Positions 56,575 through 64,000 of a stretch of DNA of 64,000 nucleotides are shown piece after piece. The position numbers and the translations under genes are program-made. Origin of the DNA: Gammaproteobacteria bacterium (GTDB lineage: Bacteria > Pseudomonadota > Gammaproteobacteria > Arenicellales > JAJDZL01); contig JAJDXD010000073.1 in NCBI GenBank assembly GCA_022823405.1, positions 7,430 through 71,429 of the forward strand, read 5' to 3'. The notes under the pieces are model-generated. The model saw only the letters and a program-made list of their open reading frames with translations, was not told the DNA's origin and did not search any database. Each line of letters opens with the position of its first letter. Positions within the stretch are counted from its first letter, which is position 1.

Positions 56575-56636
56575 AACTGTAACTGGATTGGATTCGGCAC
56601 AGTATCGCGCACGTATCATTCATGATTTTGTTTTGA

Positions 56637-56897
56637 TCAGTCAGAATTTGGCTGTCTGCGGAGCAATTCGTGAATATCCAGCCGGGTAAGCTCATCAAAT
56701 CCACCAACGCTGACACCATCTACAAAAATTTGGGGAACAGTGCGCTGACCAGCACTTCGTGTCAACATCTCACCTTTTCGAGTCGAGTCAATGAGTACGT
56801 CGTATTCGGTAAACGCAATTCCCTCCTTGTTTAGCAGACTCTTAGCTGCCTGACAGTATCCACAAAGGGGACTGGTATAGATTTCAACTCTTTCCAT
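56637..56897 (-). CDS. grxC: glutaredoxin (GrxC-like)
   Basis: 86 aa with the active site CGYC and the TVPQIF and GG.DE motifs. Confidence 0.85.
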   Translation of the reverse strand: MERVEIYTSPLCGYCQAAKSLLNKEGIAFTEYDVLIDSTRKGEMLTRSAGQRTVPQIFVDGVSVGGFDELTRLDIHELLRRQPNSD

Positions 56898-56903
56898 TAT
56901 CTT

Positions 56904-57359
56904 CTAACTAACACCTGTGCTTCCAAATCCACCGACTGCTCGGGCAGTTGGTTCAAATTCATCAACTCTAATCAGTTTTGGCCGAATGACAGGAACAAAT
57001 ACCATCTGTGCAATTCGGTCGCCGGGGTGAATTGTGAAATCGTCACCACCCCGATTCCAACATGAAACGAAGACCTGACCCTGATAATCCGAATCAATCA
57101 ACCCCACCAGATTACCCAGTACGATGCCATGTTTGTGACCCAGTCCTGAACGCGGCAACAAGATCGCGGCAATTCCCGGATCGCGAATATCGATGGCAAT
57201 GCCGGTCGGAATCAGTTCACAATCTGAGGGTTGAAGAATTAATTCAGTTTCGATACAGGCCCGAAGATCCAATCCCGCTGCACCTTCGGTCGAACGCTCC
57301 GGTAAGGGTATCGACTGACCGATCCTGTTATCGAGTACTTTGTAGCGTACCTCTTGCAT
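56904..57359 (-). CDS. dut: dUTP diphosphatase
   Basis: 151 aa with the motifs [31 protein letters not shown] and [10 protein letters not shown]. Confidence 0.92.
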   Translation of the reverse strand: MQEVRYKVLDNRIGQSIPLPERSTEGAAGLDLRACIETELILQPSDCELIPTGIAIDIRDPGIAAILLPRSGLGHKHGIVLGNLVGLIDSDYQGQVFVSCWNRGGDDFTIHPGDRIAQMVFVPVIRPKLIRVDEFEPTARAVGGFGSTGVS

Positions 57360-58575
57360 GGAATCGTGCCGAAATCTCTTGGATCAAGTCTACTGCAATT
57401 CTGGTTTTCAACGCTGGTCCTAGTGACACCACGCCTGTCCGATCAATAAGCTGCAAGGTATTGTAGTCCGAGCCAAGTGCGTTTGATTCGCCACTGACTG
57501 CATTTGCTGCAATCAGATCTGCACGTTTGGCCAGCAATTTCTTACGAGCCTCAGAGATGAGATTGTCCGTTTCTGCCGCAAACCCAACACTGAACAAATC
57601 AGGCGCTTTTTCTTTAACTTTTGCCAAGATATCGGGATTCCGTACAAATTCCATTTTAAGTACTTCCTCACCCTGTTTCTTGATTTTGCTCGCTGCCTGA
57701 GTCTGAGGCCGATAGTCAGCAACTGCTGCAACTGCAATTAAAATATCCTGTCCATTAAGATTCGCCATGACTGCTTCCAGCATTTCCCTGGCGCTGGTGA
57801 CCTTGATGACTTTAGCAACCCTTTTGGGCAGTGGCTGTGTTGCTGGGCCTGAAACCAGAGTAACATCGGCACCGGCTTGGACTGCGGCATCGGCGATCGC
57901 ATACCCCATTTTTCCGGAACTTAAATTTGTGATGCCTCTCACTGGATCAATTGCTTCCCAGGTAGAACCAGCTGTAACAAGAACGCTCAGTCCACTTAAT
58001 TCTTCACTACTGAACAATTCACTAACCTGTCTGACAATTACTTCAGGCTGCAGCATGCGTCCTGGTCCAACTTCACCGCAAGCCTGATCTCCACTATCTG
58101 GCCCCATCACTGTAATTGTGCGCTCTCGTAATTGATTGACATTGTTTTGAGTTGCTGGACTTGACCACATGACGCGGTTCATAGCAGGGGCGATAGCAAT
58201 TTTGGACTCAGTTGCCAGACATAATGTCGTCAAAAGATCATCTGCAAAACCATGCGTCAAGCGCGCAATAAATGCGGCGGTTGCCGGTGCGATAACAATC
58301 GCATCCGCCCAACGTGCCAGTTCGATGTGACTCATACCCGCTTCAGCTTCCTCATCGAATGTTTCACTTCGAACCGCATTGCCACTCACTGCCTGCATCG
58401 TAAGACTTGAGATGAAGGCCTCGGCGTTCCTGGTCATGACAACACGCACTTCAGCACCGACTTCACACAGTCTGCGTGCCAACTCTGCCGATTTATAAGC
58501 AGCAATTCCACCCGTTACACCAAGCAGAATTCGCTTGCCGTGCAAAGAAACGGGGTGACTTTTTGGGCTGTTCAC
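57328..58575 (-). CDS. coaBC: bifunctional phosphopantothenoylcysteine decarboxylase / phosphopantothenate-cysteine ligase
   Basis: [15 protein letters not shown] ... [13 protein letters not shown] matches the Dfp N-terminus. The start is uncertain. The GTG at 58575 gives 416 aa, which is closer to typical family lengths. The longest ORF (ATG at 58641) would run into the rpmB promoter region. Confidence 0.85.
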   Translation of the reverse strand: MNSPKSHPVSLHGKRILLGVTGGIAAYKSAELARRLCEVGAEVRVVMTRNAEAFISSLTMQAVSGNAVRSETFDEEAEAGMSHIELARWADAIVIAPATAAFIARLTHGFADDLLTTLCLATESKIAIAPAMNRVMWSSPATQNNVNQLRERTITVMGPDSGDQACGEVGPGRMLQPEVIVRQVSELFSSEELSGLSVLVTAGSTWEAIDPVRGITNLSSGKMGYAIADAAVQAGADVTLVSGPATQPLPKRVAKVIKVTSAREMLEAVMANLNGQDILIAVAAVADYRPQTQAASKIKKQGEEVLKMEFVRNPDILAKVKEKAPDLFSVGFAAETDNLISEARKKLLAKRADLIAANAVSGESNALGSDYNTLQLIDRTGVVSLGPALKTRIAVDLIQEISARFHARGTLQSTR

Positions 58576-58587
58576 AGTATTTATCGC

Positions 58588-58615
58588 TTTGATTTTTTCA
58601 ACTAATAGTATAGAA
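58588..58615 (+). promoter_or_regulatory. putative sigma70 promoter of rpmB-rpmG
   Basis: TTGATT (58588-93), a 16-nt spacer, then TAGAAT (58610-15), about 45 nt upstream of the rpmB ATG. Confidence 0.3.
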
Positions 58616-58660
58616 TGTGCGCCTTCATTCACACATTTCAATCTTCAGGTTCTGGGAACG

Positions 58661-58897
58661 ATGCCAAGGATTTGTCAGGTTACTGGAAAAAAGACGGTTA
58701 GCGGAAACAACGTTTCGCATTCGCACATCAAAACCAAGCGCAGGTTTCGCCCCAACCTGCATTATCGGCGCTTCTGGGTTGAGAGCGAAAATCGCTGGGT
58801 CAAGCTTCGGGTCAGTCGAAAGGCGATTCGTACCATCGACAAAAATGGCATCGAAAGTGTGTTGGAAGACTTGCGAGCTGATGGTATCAAGGTCTAA
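58661..58897 (+). CDS. rpmB: 50S ribosomal protein L28
   Basis: The 78-aa product begins [33 protein letters not shown]. Confidence 0.93.
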   Translation: MPRICQVTGKKTVSGNNVSHSHIKTKRRFRPNLHYRRFWVESENRWVKLRVSRKAIRTIDKNGIESVLEDLRADGIKV

Positions 58898-58913
58898 CCG
58901 GAGAATCTGAACC

Positions 58914-59069
58914 ATGCGCGAGAAAATTAAACTTGAGTCATCCGCCGGAACCGGACACTTCTACACAACCTGGAAAAACAAGCGCAACACCGAAAAGAAA
59001 CTTGAATTGCGTAAATTTGATCCAGTAGCCGGAAAGCACGTAATCTACAAGGAAACCAAACTGAAGTGA
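58914..59069 (+). CDS. rpmG: 50S ribosomal protein L33
   Basis: Own translation (51 aa, below the ORF-track cutoff) gives [51 protein letters not shown]. Confidence 0.92.
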   Translation: MREKIKLESSAGTGHFYTTWKNKRNTEKKLELRKFDPVAGKHVIYKETKLK

Positions 59070-59107
59070 GCTACGGCTACTTTCAGATTCTCATTACTGA
59101 TTAATTG

Positions 59108-60283
59108 TCAGTTCGCAGTAGCGCCTTTCAGTCGGGCGGAAAATTTCATTAGGGCATCGATGTCAGATTCTTCTGCTCGCTGACACCACTCCTCCAGCGA
59201 CTGACACACCTGTTCATACGAATTTGACGAACGTGAAGCGATGTTCTGTAAAGACTCCTTCATCGCATAAACTGTCGCAATTCTTGAATTGGTCTCCAGA
59301 ACTTTATTCAACCATTCTTTTTTCAGGTCGCTCAATCTTGAGTGATCGGAGGCTAACAGTCGCTTAGCTTGTTTGAGCAGACGCCGCGTTTCTCCAGAAG
59401 CTGAACGAATTTCTTCGCGGCAAACCCCTTTCACTACGTCATTGGCATATTTTGACATCACCTGAAAGCGATTTGCCACAAACACCTTAACTGTTTCAAA
59501 ATCACAGTGCTGTTTGTTCTGGTTAAACGTCAGTTTCGGAATTTTTCGCTGAATTTTTACCAGTTTGAATTTATTCAGCAACCGTACATAGCACCACCCA
59601 AGATCGATTTCCCACTTTCGTGCAGAAAACTGTGCTGAAGCGGAGTACGCGTGGTGATTGTTGTGCAGTTCCTCACCGCCGATAACGATCCCCCACGGAA
59701 CAATATTGCGACTGGCGTCAGGTAAATTAAAGTTCCTGTATCCCAGATAATGCCCGACACCATTGATTACACCGGCAGCCCAAAACGGAATCCACACCAT
59801 TTGAACAGCCCAAATGGAAACCCCAGCGACAAGCCCAAATGCAAAAACGTTGATCAGGAGCATCAAAAATAAACCCGTATTAGGGTACTTTGCATAGACA
59901 TGCCGTTCCAACCAGTCATCCGGTGTACCGACACCGTACTGATCTAAAATGCCCGGTAGCCGTGCTGCACGGCGATACAAAATCAACCCTCCCCATAGTA
60001 CGCGGTTAATTCCAACCTTCTGTGGACTGTGCGGGTCGTCGTCACTTTCGACCGTAGCATGATGTTTACGATGGACCGCTACCCACTCTTTGGTGATGAT
60101 TCCAGTTGTAAGCCAAAGCCAAAAGCGAAAGAAGTGGCTCAGTACAGGGTGCAGTTGTAGTGCTCCATGAGCTTGATGCCGATGGAGAAAAATCGTAACT
60201 GATACAATCGTAATATGGGTAAGCGCCAGGGTGACAAGCACATAGCCCCACCACGGTAGTTGAAACAGAAAGAATTCCAGCAC
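59108..60283 (-). CDS. membrane fatty acid (acyl-CoA/acyl-lipid delta-9-type) desaturase
   Basis: 391 aa with histidine boxes HRHQAH, HRKHH and HNNHH, N-terminal TM segments and a long C-terminal extension. Confidence 0.8.
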   Translation of the reverse strand: MLEFFLFQLPWWGYVLVTLALTHITIVSVTIFLHRHQAHGALQLHPVLSHFFRFWLWLTTGIITKEWVAVHRKHHATVESDDDPHSPQKVGINRVLWGGLILYRRAARLPGILDQYGVGTPDDWLERHVYAKYPNTGLFLMLLINVFAFGLVAGVSIWAVQMVWIPFWAAGVINGVGHYLGYRNFNLPDASRNIVPWGIVIGGEELHNNHHAYSASAQFSARKWEIDLGWCYVRLLNKFKLVKIQRKIPKLTFNQNKQHCDFETVKVFVANRFQVMSKYANDVVKGVCREEIRSASGETRRLLKQAKRLLASDHSRLSDLKKEWLNKVLETNSRIATVYAMKESLQNIASRSSNSYEQVCQSLEEWCQRAEESDIDALMKFSARLKGATAN

Positions 60284-60306
60284 GCAGGTTGCCTCAGATC
60301 AAAAGT

Positions 60307-60525
60307 CTACCGTTCTCGGTAGACGATGCGACCTCTGGTCAGGTCGTAAGGAGTCAATTGAACCACAACTCGATCACCGCGCAGAATGCGTATGTAGTTC
60401 TTGCGTATCTTACCGGAAATATGGGCGGTTACGATGTGATCGTTATCCAATTTGACTTTAAAATTAGTGTTTGGCAGTGTTTCAAGTACAGTACCGTTCA
60501 TTTCGATTTGGTCTTCTTTAGCCAC
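60307..60525 (-). CDS. infA: translation initiation factor IF-1
   Basis: The 72-aa product begins [48 protein letters not shown]. Confidence 0.95.
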   Translation of the reverse strand: MAKEDQIEMNGTVLETLPNTNFKVKLDNDHIVTAHISGKIRKNYIRILRGDRVVVQLTPYDLTRGRIVYRER

Positions 60526-60637
60526 AATATTCGAGTTTTCCCTCCGAGATTGTCAAAGTCATATTAAGTATATGCCAAATGTAACTGCTTTCCTTAGTCT
60601 GTAATTTTTCCGATTTGGCAATTGAGGGAATGTAAAA

Positions 60638-61051
60638 ATGCTCTGGATAAAAACATTTCACATCGTATTCGTGGTTACCTGGTTCGCTGGTCTTTTTTAT
60701 CTGCCACGACTATTTGTCTATCACGCGATGACTGAAGATGAAATCAGCAATCAGCGGTTCAAAGTGATGGAACGAAAACTCTACTTTGGAATTGCAACTC
60801 CAAGTGCCGTATTGGCGCTTGGTACGGGGATGTGGTTATGGTTGGGCTACGGATTCGGCGGGATGTGGCTGATGTACAAACTACTACTGGTACTGATCCT
60901 CATCACCTACCATTTGTGGTGCTGGCGATATCTTGCAATTTTCAAAACCGACCGCAATGTTCGCTCGCATACGTTTTTCCGACTGTTCAATGAACTGCCA
61001 GTCGTACTTCTAATCGTTATTGTAGCGCTGGTTGTACTTAAGCCCTTCTAG
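60638..61051 (+). CDS. hemJ: protoporphyrinogen IX oxidase HemJ (CopD-like membrane protein)
   Basis: 137 aa beginning MLWIKTFHIVFVVTWFAGLFYLPRLFVYH, with 4 TM segments. Confidence 0.8.
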   Translation: MLWIKTFHIVFVVTWFAGLFYLPRLFVYHAMTEDEISNQRFKVMERKLYFGIATPSAVLALGTGMWLWLGYGFGGMWLMYKLLLVLILITYHLWCWRYLAIFKTDRNVRSHTFFRLFNELPVVLLIVIVALVVLKPF

Positions 61052-61072
61052 TGCTTGAACGTCACTCTTGAA

Positions 61073-61846
61073 TTACGCAGACTCACACTTGGCGGCGCCC
61101 AGAATGGGACCGGTGATGCGTGCTTGAAACGCGTTGTACTGCTGAATGATGATTGCACAGCCCTGATTGTCTGAAAGCGGTTCAAGTTCTGATTCAATCA
61201 CAAGGGGTTCACCCTGCCACTGGCCAATTGACCGAAAGTCGCGAACAACGTTGGAATTCGTCAGTGTTTTGCCCATGTTTTCGCCGGATGGAATCTCAGT
61301 GACATGGTGCCTGTCGAATGTAACCAACCAAACATCGGCTTTTGCCGAGTGATCACCGTCCACCTTTATAGTCAACTGACCATCTTCAGATACCTTGGCA
61401 GACGCTTGCAGCTGAAGCTCAGATGCTTTGCTTATCAGATTCTGTGCCTGCAGTGACCTGCTGCCAACAAATGCGTAGGAACCATTAACGACCATTTGAG
61501 GTGTGTAAACACCTGTTCGACCAGCTAATCTCATTCTGTTGTAATTACGCTGTCTTTGACTATATTCGGGTGAAGAGTACGGATCTTTCCATTGTCCAGC
61601 AGAACCGTAAACCAAGGTGTCCCAGTAATCGACATGAAACTCCAACGCCAACACTTCTTCGTTCTCTTCCACTATTCGGGTGAGTAGAGATTCAGCAGGC
61701 GGACAGGAATAACACGATTGTGAAGTGAACAATTCAAAGACATGTTTGGTTTCGGAATCCGCATGGGATGCTGGCGGGTAAGCAAACACGACCAGGACCG
61801 CTGTAAAAATTCCAAAGATGCGAGTTCGGAAAGACATAATGACCAT
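61073..61846 (-). CDS. DUF1223 thioredoxin-fold secreted protein
   Basis: It has a signal peptide (start set at MVIMSFRTRIFGIFTAVLVVFAYPPASHA) and the motif ELFTSQSCYSCPPAE. Confidence 0.7.
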   Translation of the reverse strand: MVIMSFRTRIFGIFTAVLVVFAYPPASHADSETKHVFELFTSQSCYSCPPAESLLTRIVEENEEVLALEFHVDYWDTLVYGSAGQWKDPYSSPEYSQRQRNYNRMRLAGRTGVYTPQMVVNGSYAFVGSRSLQAQNLISKASELQLQASAKVSEDGQLTIKVDGDHSAKADVWLVTFDRHHVTEIPSGENMGKTLTNSNVVRDFRSIGQWQGEPLVIESELEPLSDNQGCAIIIQQYNAFQARITGPILGAAKCESA

Positions 61847-61961
61847 CCCCTTGATTACGTTTGATAGCTGATTAGACAGGTTAAAGAGCATTTTGTTTGG
61901 AAGGCTCTGTGAAGATCAGGTAATTTTCACAAGGTAAGCACTTCCATTCATAGCATTTCCG

Positions 61962-62042
61962 CTTTCAATTAGTCGGACATAATCTTTCAATCGGTCGGCA
62001 TATGTTTAACAAACGGTCATATAATCACTTTCAATCAGTCAA
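61962..62042 (+). repeat. three direct repeats CTTTCAATnnGTCrr upstream of the AAA ATPase gene
   Basis: The copies are ctttcaattagtcgg (61962), ctttcaatcggtcgg (61984) and ctttcaatcagtcaa (62028). The offsets are 22 and 44 bp. The copies are interleaved with GTCGGACATAAT / GTCGGCATATG / CGGTCATATAAT. Confidence 0.5.
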
Positions 62043-62059
62043 ATCAAAAAGAACACGTT

Positions 62060-63280
62060 TTGTATCCTCGATTCGTTGAACACCGAGTCAACGAAGCTCT
62101 AGCCGACACTCGGATTGTTTTGCTTTGTGGGCCTCGTCAATCAGGTAAAACAACGCTTGCACAGCAGATTGCGAGTGATAAATATCCGTTTATTACGCTT
62201 GACGACCCTTTTGTACTTGAAAGTGCTACAGACGACCCTGTTGGTTTTGTGCGCGGCATAAATCGAGCTGTAATTGACGAAGTTCATCGCGCTCCAAATC
62301 TTATTCTACCAATCAAGACCTCGGTAGATGCCGACTTGAGAGCAGGTCGGTTTTTGCTAACCGGGTCTGCGAATCTGATGATGCTTCCCCATCTCGCCGA
62401 TTCGCTTGCAGGGCGCATAGCAATAATGCGCTTGCTACCCTTATCGCAAGCTGAATTAATTGAGCGTCAGTCGTGTTTTCTGGAACAAGTGTTCTTGGGA
62501 AAATCACCAAAGCCTGCGAACTTGCTCATCGGCGATGACCTCGTCAGTGCTGTGCTTACAGGTGGATACCCTGAAGTGCTGGCGCGTTCAAGTTGGCGCC
62601 GTCGACAAGACTGGCATCTGGACTATATCGAAACAATTGTCCAGAGAGACATTCGTGACATTGCTCGGATTGAAAAATTGGGTGTTATGCCAAGGTTGTT
62701 GAGAGTCCTCGCCGAGTTTTCCGGACAACTTGTCAATTACTCGAGTCTCGGTTCAAGGTTGGGTATTAACCATGTTTCCACCCAAAAATATGTGGACATT
62801 TTTGAAAGTCTGTATATCGTCCACACGTTACAACCATGGTTTACGAACAAACTAAAGCGTCTAACAAAGACTCCGAAATTGCATTTTCTTGACTCTGGCT
62901 TACTTGCCACACTCAGAGATCTGTCTCCAGATAGATTGGTTAATGATCGGGTGATATTTGGCGCGTTGCTGGAAAGTTTCGTTTTCGGTGAACTACTCAA
63001 AAACGCAAGTTGGTCCAAGGAACGGTTTGTATTCTCACACTTCCGGGACAAAGAGCGCAATGAAGTAGATTTTGTGATTGAAGACAGACGCGGTCGAGTC
63101 GTCGGGATAGAGGTAAAAGCATCCGCGACCGTAACTAAAAAAGATTTTTCTGGGTTGCGAAAACTGGCAACTGCGTGCGGTAACAAGTTTGTTTTTGGTC
63201 TGGTGTTGTATGACGGCGACCAGTCAATACCTTTCGGAGAAAGTATGGTCGCCGCCCCGGTTTCGGCACTGTGGGCGTAA
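62060..63280 (+). CDS. AAA_14 + DUF4143 family ATP-binding protein
   Basis: 406 aa with Walker A GPRQSGKTT and Walker B-like VIDEVH, plus a C-terminal DUF4143/restriction-endonuclease-like region (EVDFVIE ... GIEVKAS). The start is TTG. Confidence 0.75.
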   Translation: MYPRFVEHRVNEALADTRIVLLCGPRQSGKTTLAQQIASDKYPFITLDDPFVLESATDDPVGFVRGINRAVIDEVHRAPNLILPIKTSVDADLRAGRFLLTGSANLMMLPHLADSLAGRIAIMRLLPLSQAELIERQSCFLEQVFLGKSPKPANLLIGDDLVSAVLTGGYPEVLARSSWRRRQDWHLDYIETIVQRDIRDIARIEKLGVMPRLLRVLAEFSGQLVNYSSLGSRLGINHVSTQKYVDIFESLYIVHTLQPWFTNKLKRLTKTPKLHFLDSGLLATLRDLSPDRLVNDRVIFGALLESFVFGELLKNASWSKERFVFSHFRDKERNEVDFVIEDRRGRVVGIEVKASATVTKKDFSGLRKLATACGNKFVFGLVLYDGDQSIPFGESMVAAPVSALWA

Positions 63281-63462
63281 ACTAATGTTCGTAAATGTTC
63301 TACAGGTAACAGATCTAAAGCCTACCTGTGGTTGTTAAAATGCATTTTCAACTGCAGCAATCGCACCAACCTATCAGGCGAATTCTGTTCATTTTATCGA
63401 GGCAGGGCATCACTTATATCGGGATGAGATCGAGCAGGCCAATTTAACTGAAGTAAGTCCAA

Positions 63463-63930
63463 TTGTTTAACATCGTTCTGGTTGCACCTGAAATTCCCCC
63501 AAACACTGGAAATATCATACGCCTTTGCGCGAACACTGGCTGCAGATTACACCTGATTGAACCGCTCGGCTTTGAGATGAGCGATGCCCGCTTGAAACGA
63601 GCTGGGTTAGATTATCGGGAAGGCGTCCAGATTGAGACTTATTCGACTTTTGAAGACTTGACCCGATCTTATCCACTAAGTCGCAAATTGATTTTCTCGC
63701 GACGCTACAGCAGGTTCTACACTTCTGTGAGATTTTTGCCCGACGACCTTTTGATTTTTGGCTCAGAAACAGCGGGCTTACCGGAACACATTCACCAAAG
63801 TGTCGGCGATGAACAAAAATTGACGTTGCCCATGCTGCCGGACAATCGAAGCCTCAACCTGTCCAACTCCGTTTCGATCGTAGTTTTTGAGGCATGGCGC
63901 CAGCACGGGTTTCAGGGATCTGCGTGCTAG
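63463..63930 (+). CDS. trmL: tRNA (cytidine/uridine-34 2'-O)-methyltransferase TrmL (SpoU family)
   Basis: 155 aa. MFNIVLVAPEIPPNTGNIIRLCANTG is near-identical in pattern to E. coli TrmL. The start is TTG. Confidence 0.88.
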   Translation: MFNIVLVAPEIPPNTGNIIRLCANTGCRLHLIEPLGFEMSDARLKRAGLDYREGVQIETYSTFEDLTRSYPLSRKLIFSRRYSRFYTSVRFLPDDLLIFGSETAGLPEHIHQSVGDEQKLTLPMLPDNRSLNLSNSVSIVVFEAWRQHGFQGSAC

Positions 63931-64000
63931 GTGACTGACCGTATTGAATTGGTGCGGCTACTATAAAGAGCGCACCCGAAATTCTTACCAAACGCCAGAA

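Noticed and set aside
56637-56897. Glutaredoxin active site CGYC instead of the usual CPYC
   Set aside because: The variation is within the known range of glutaredoxin active sites. The rest of the protein is a standard GrxC, so it is not pursued as a finding.

Overview
The window is a gene-dense chromosomal segment with about 65 CDS, 3 tRNAs, no rRNA, no CRISPR and no intact mobile element. Gene order (dut-coaBC / rpmB-rpmG, infA, htpG, hemJ, trmL) suggests a gammaproteobacterium, and the solute-catabolism content suggests a marine heterotroph; both are inference. No obvious transcription-factor gene is visible anywhere in the 64 kb.

Main blocks:
1. 1-7539 (-): a tightly coupled operon of aminotransferase, split TPP decarboxylase (ComDE-like), polar amino acid ABC importer and heterotetrameric sarcosine oxidase (soxBDA).
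2. 7.7-15.8 kb: acyl-CoA and oxidoreductase genes.
3. 15.8-31 kb: purine salvage and catabolism. This includes guaD, two head-to-head phosphoribosyltransferase paralogs, and one long operon puuD-uraH-xdhABC fused to a BMP-family nucleoside ABC transporter.
4. 31-40 kb: a PotABCD-like transporter, a fatty acid hydroxylase family protein, a MatB-like ligase and an SDR.
5. 40.1-40.7 kb: an unexplained 590-bp gap before a clavaminate-synthase-like dioxygenase.
6. 48.2-52.1 kb: a small accessory patch between htpG and a tRNA cluster. It holds an IS5-family transposase relic, an AlgL-like lyase, cytochrome c, a signal-bearing truncated hemoglobin and a decayed AAA ATPase pseudogene.
7. 52-64 kb: housekeeping genes.

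The strongest finding is a 211-nt group I self-splicing intron interrupting the anticodon loop of tRNA-Arg(UCU) at 51682-51892. The full P1-P9 pairing topology can be read directly from the sequence.
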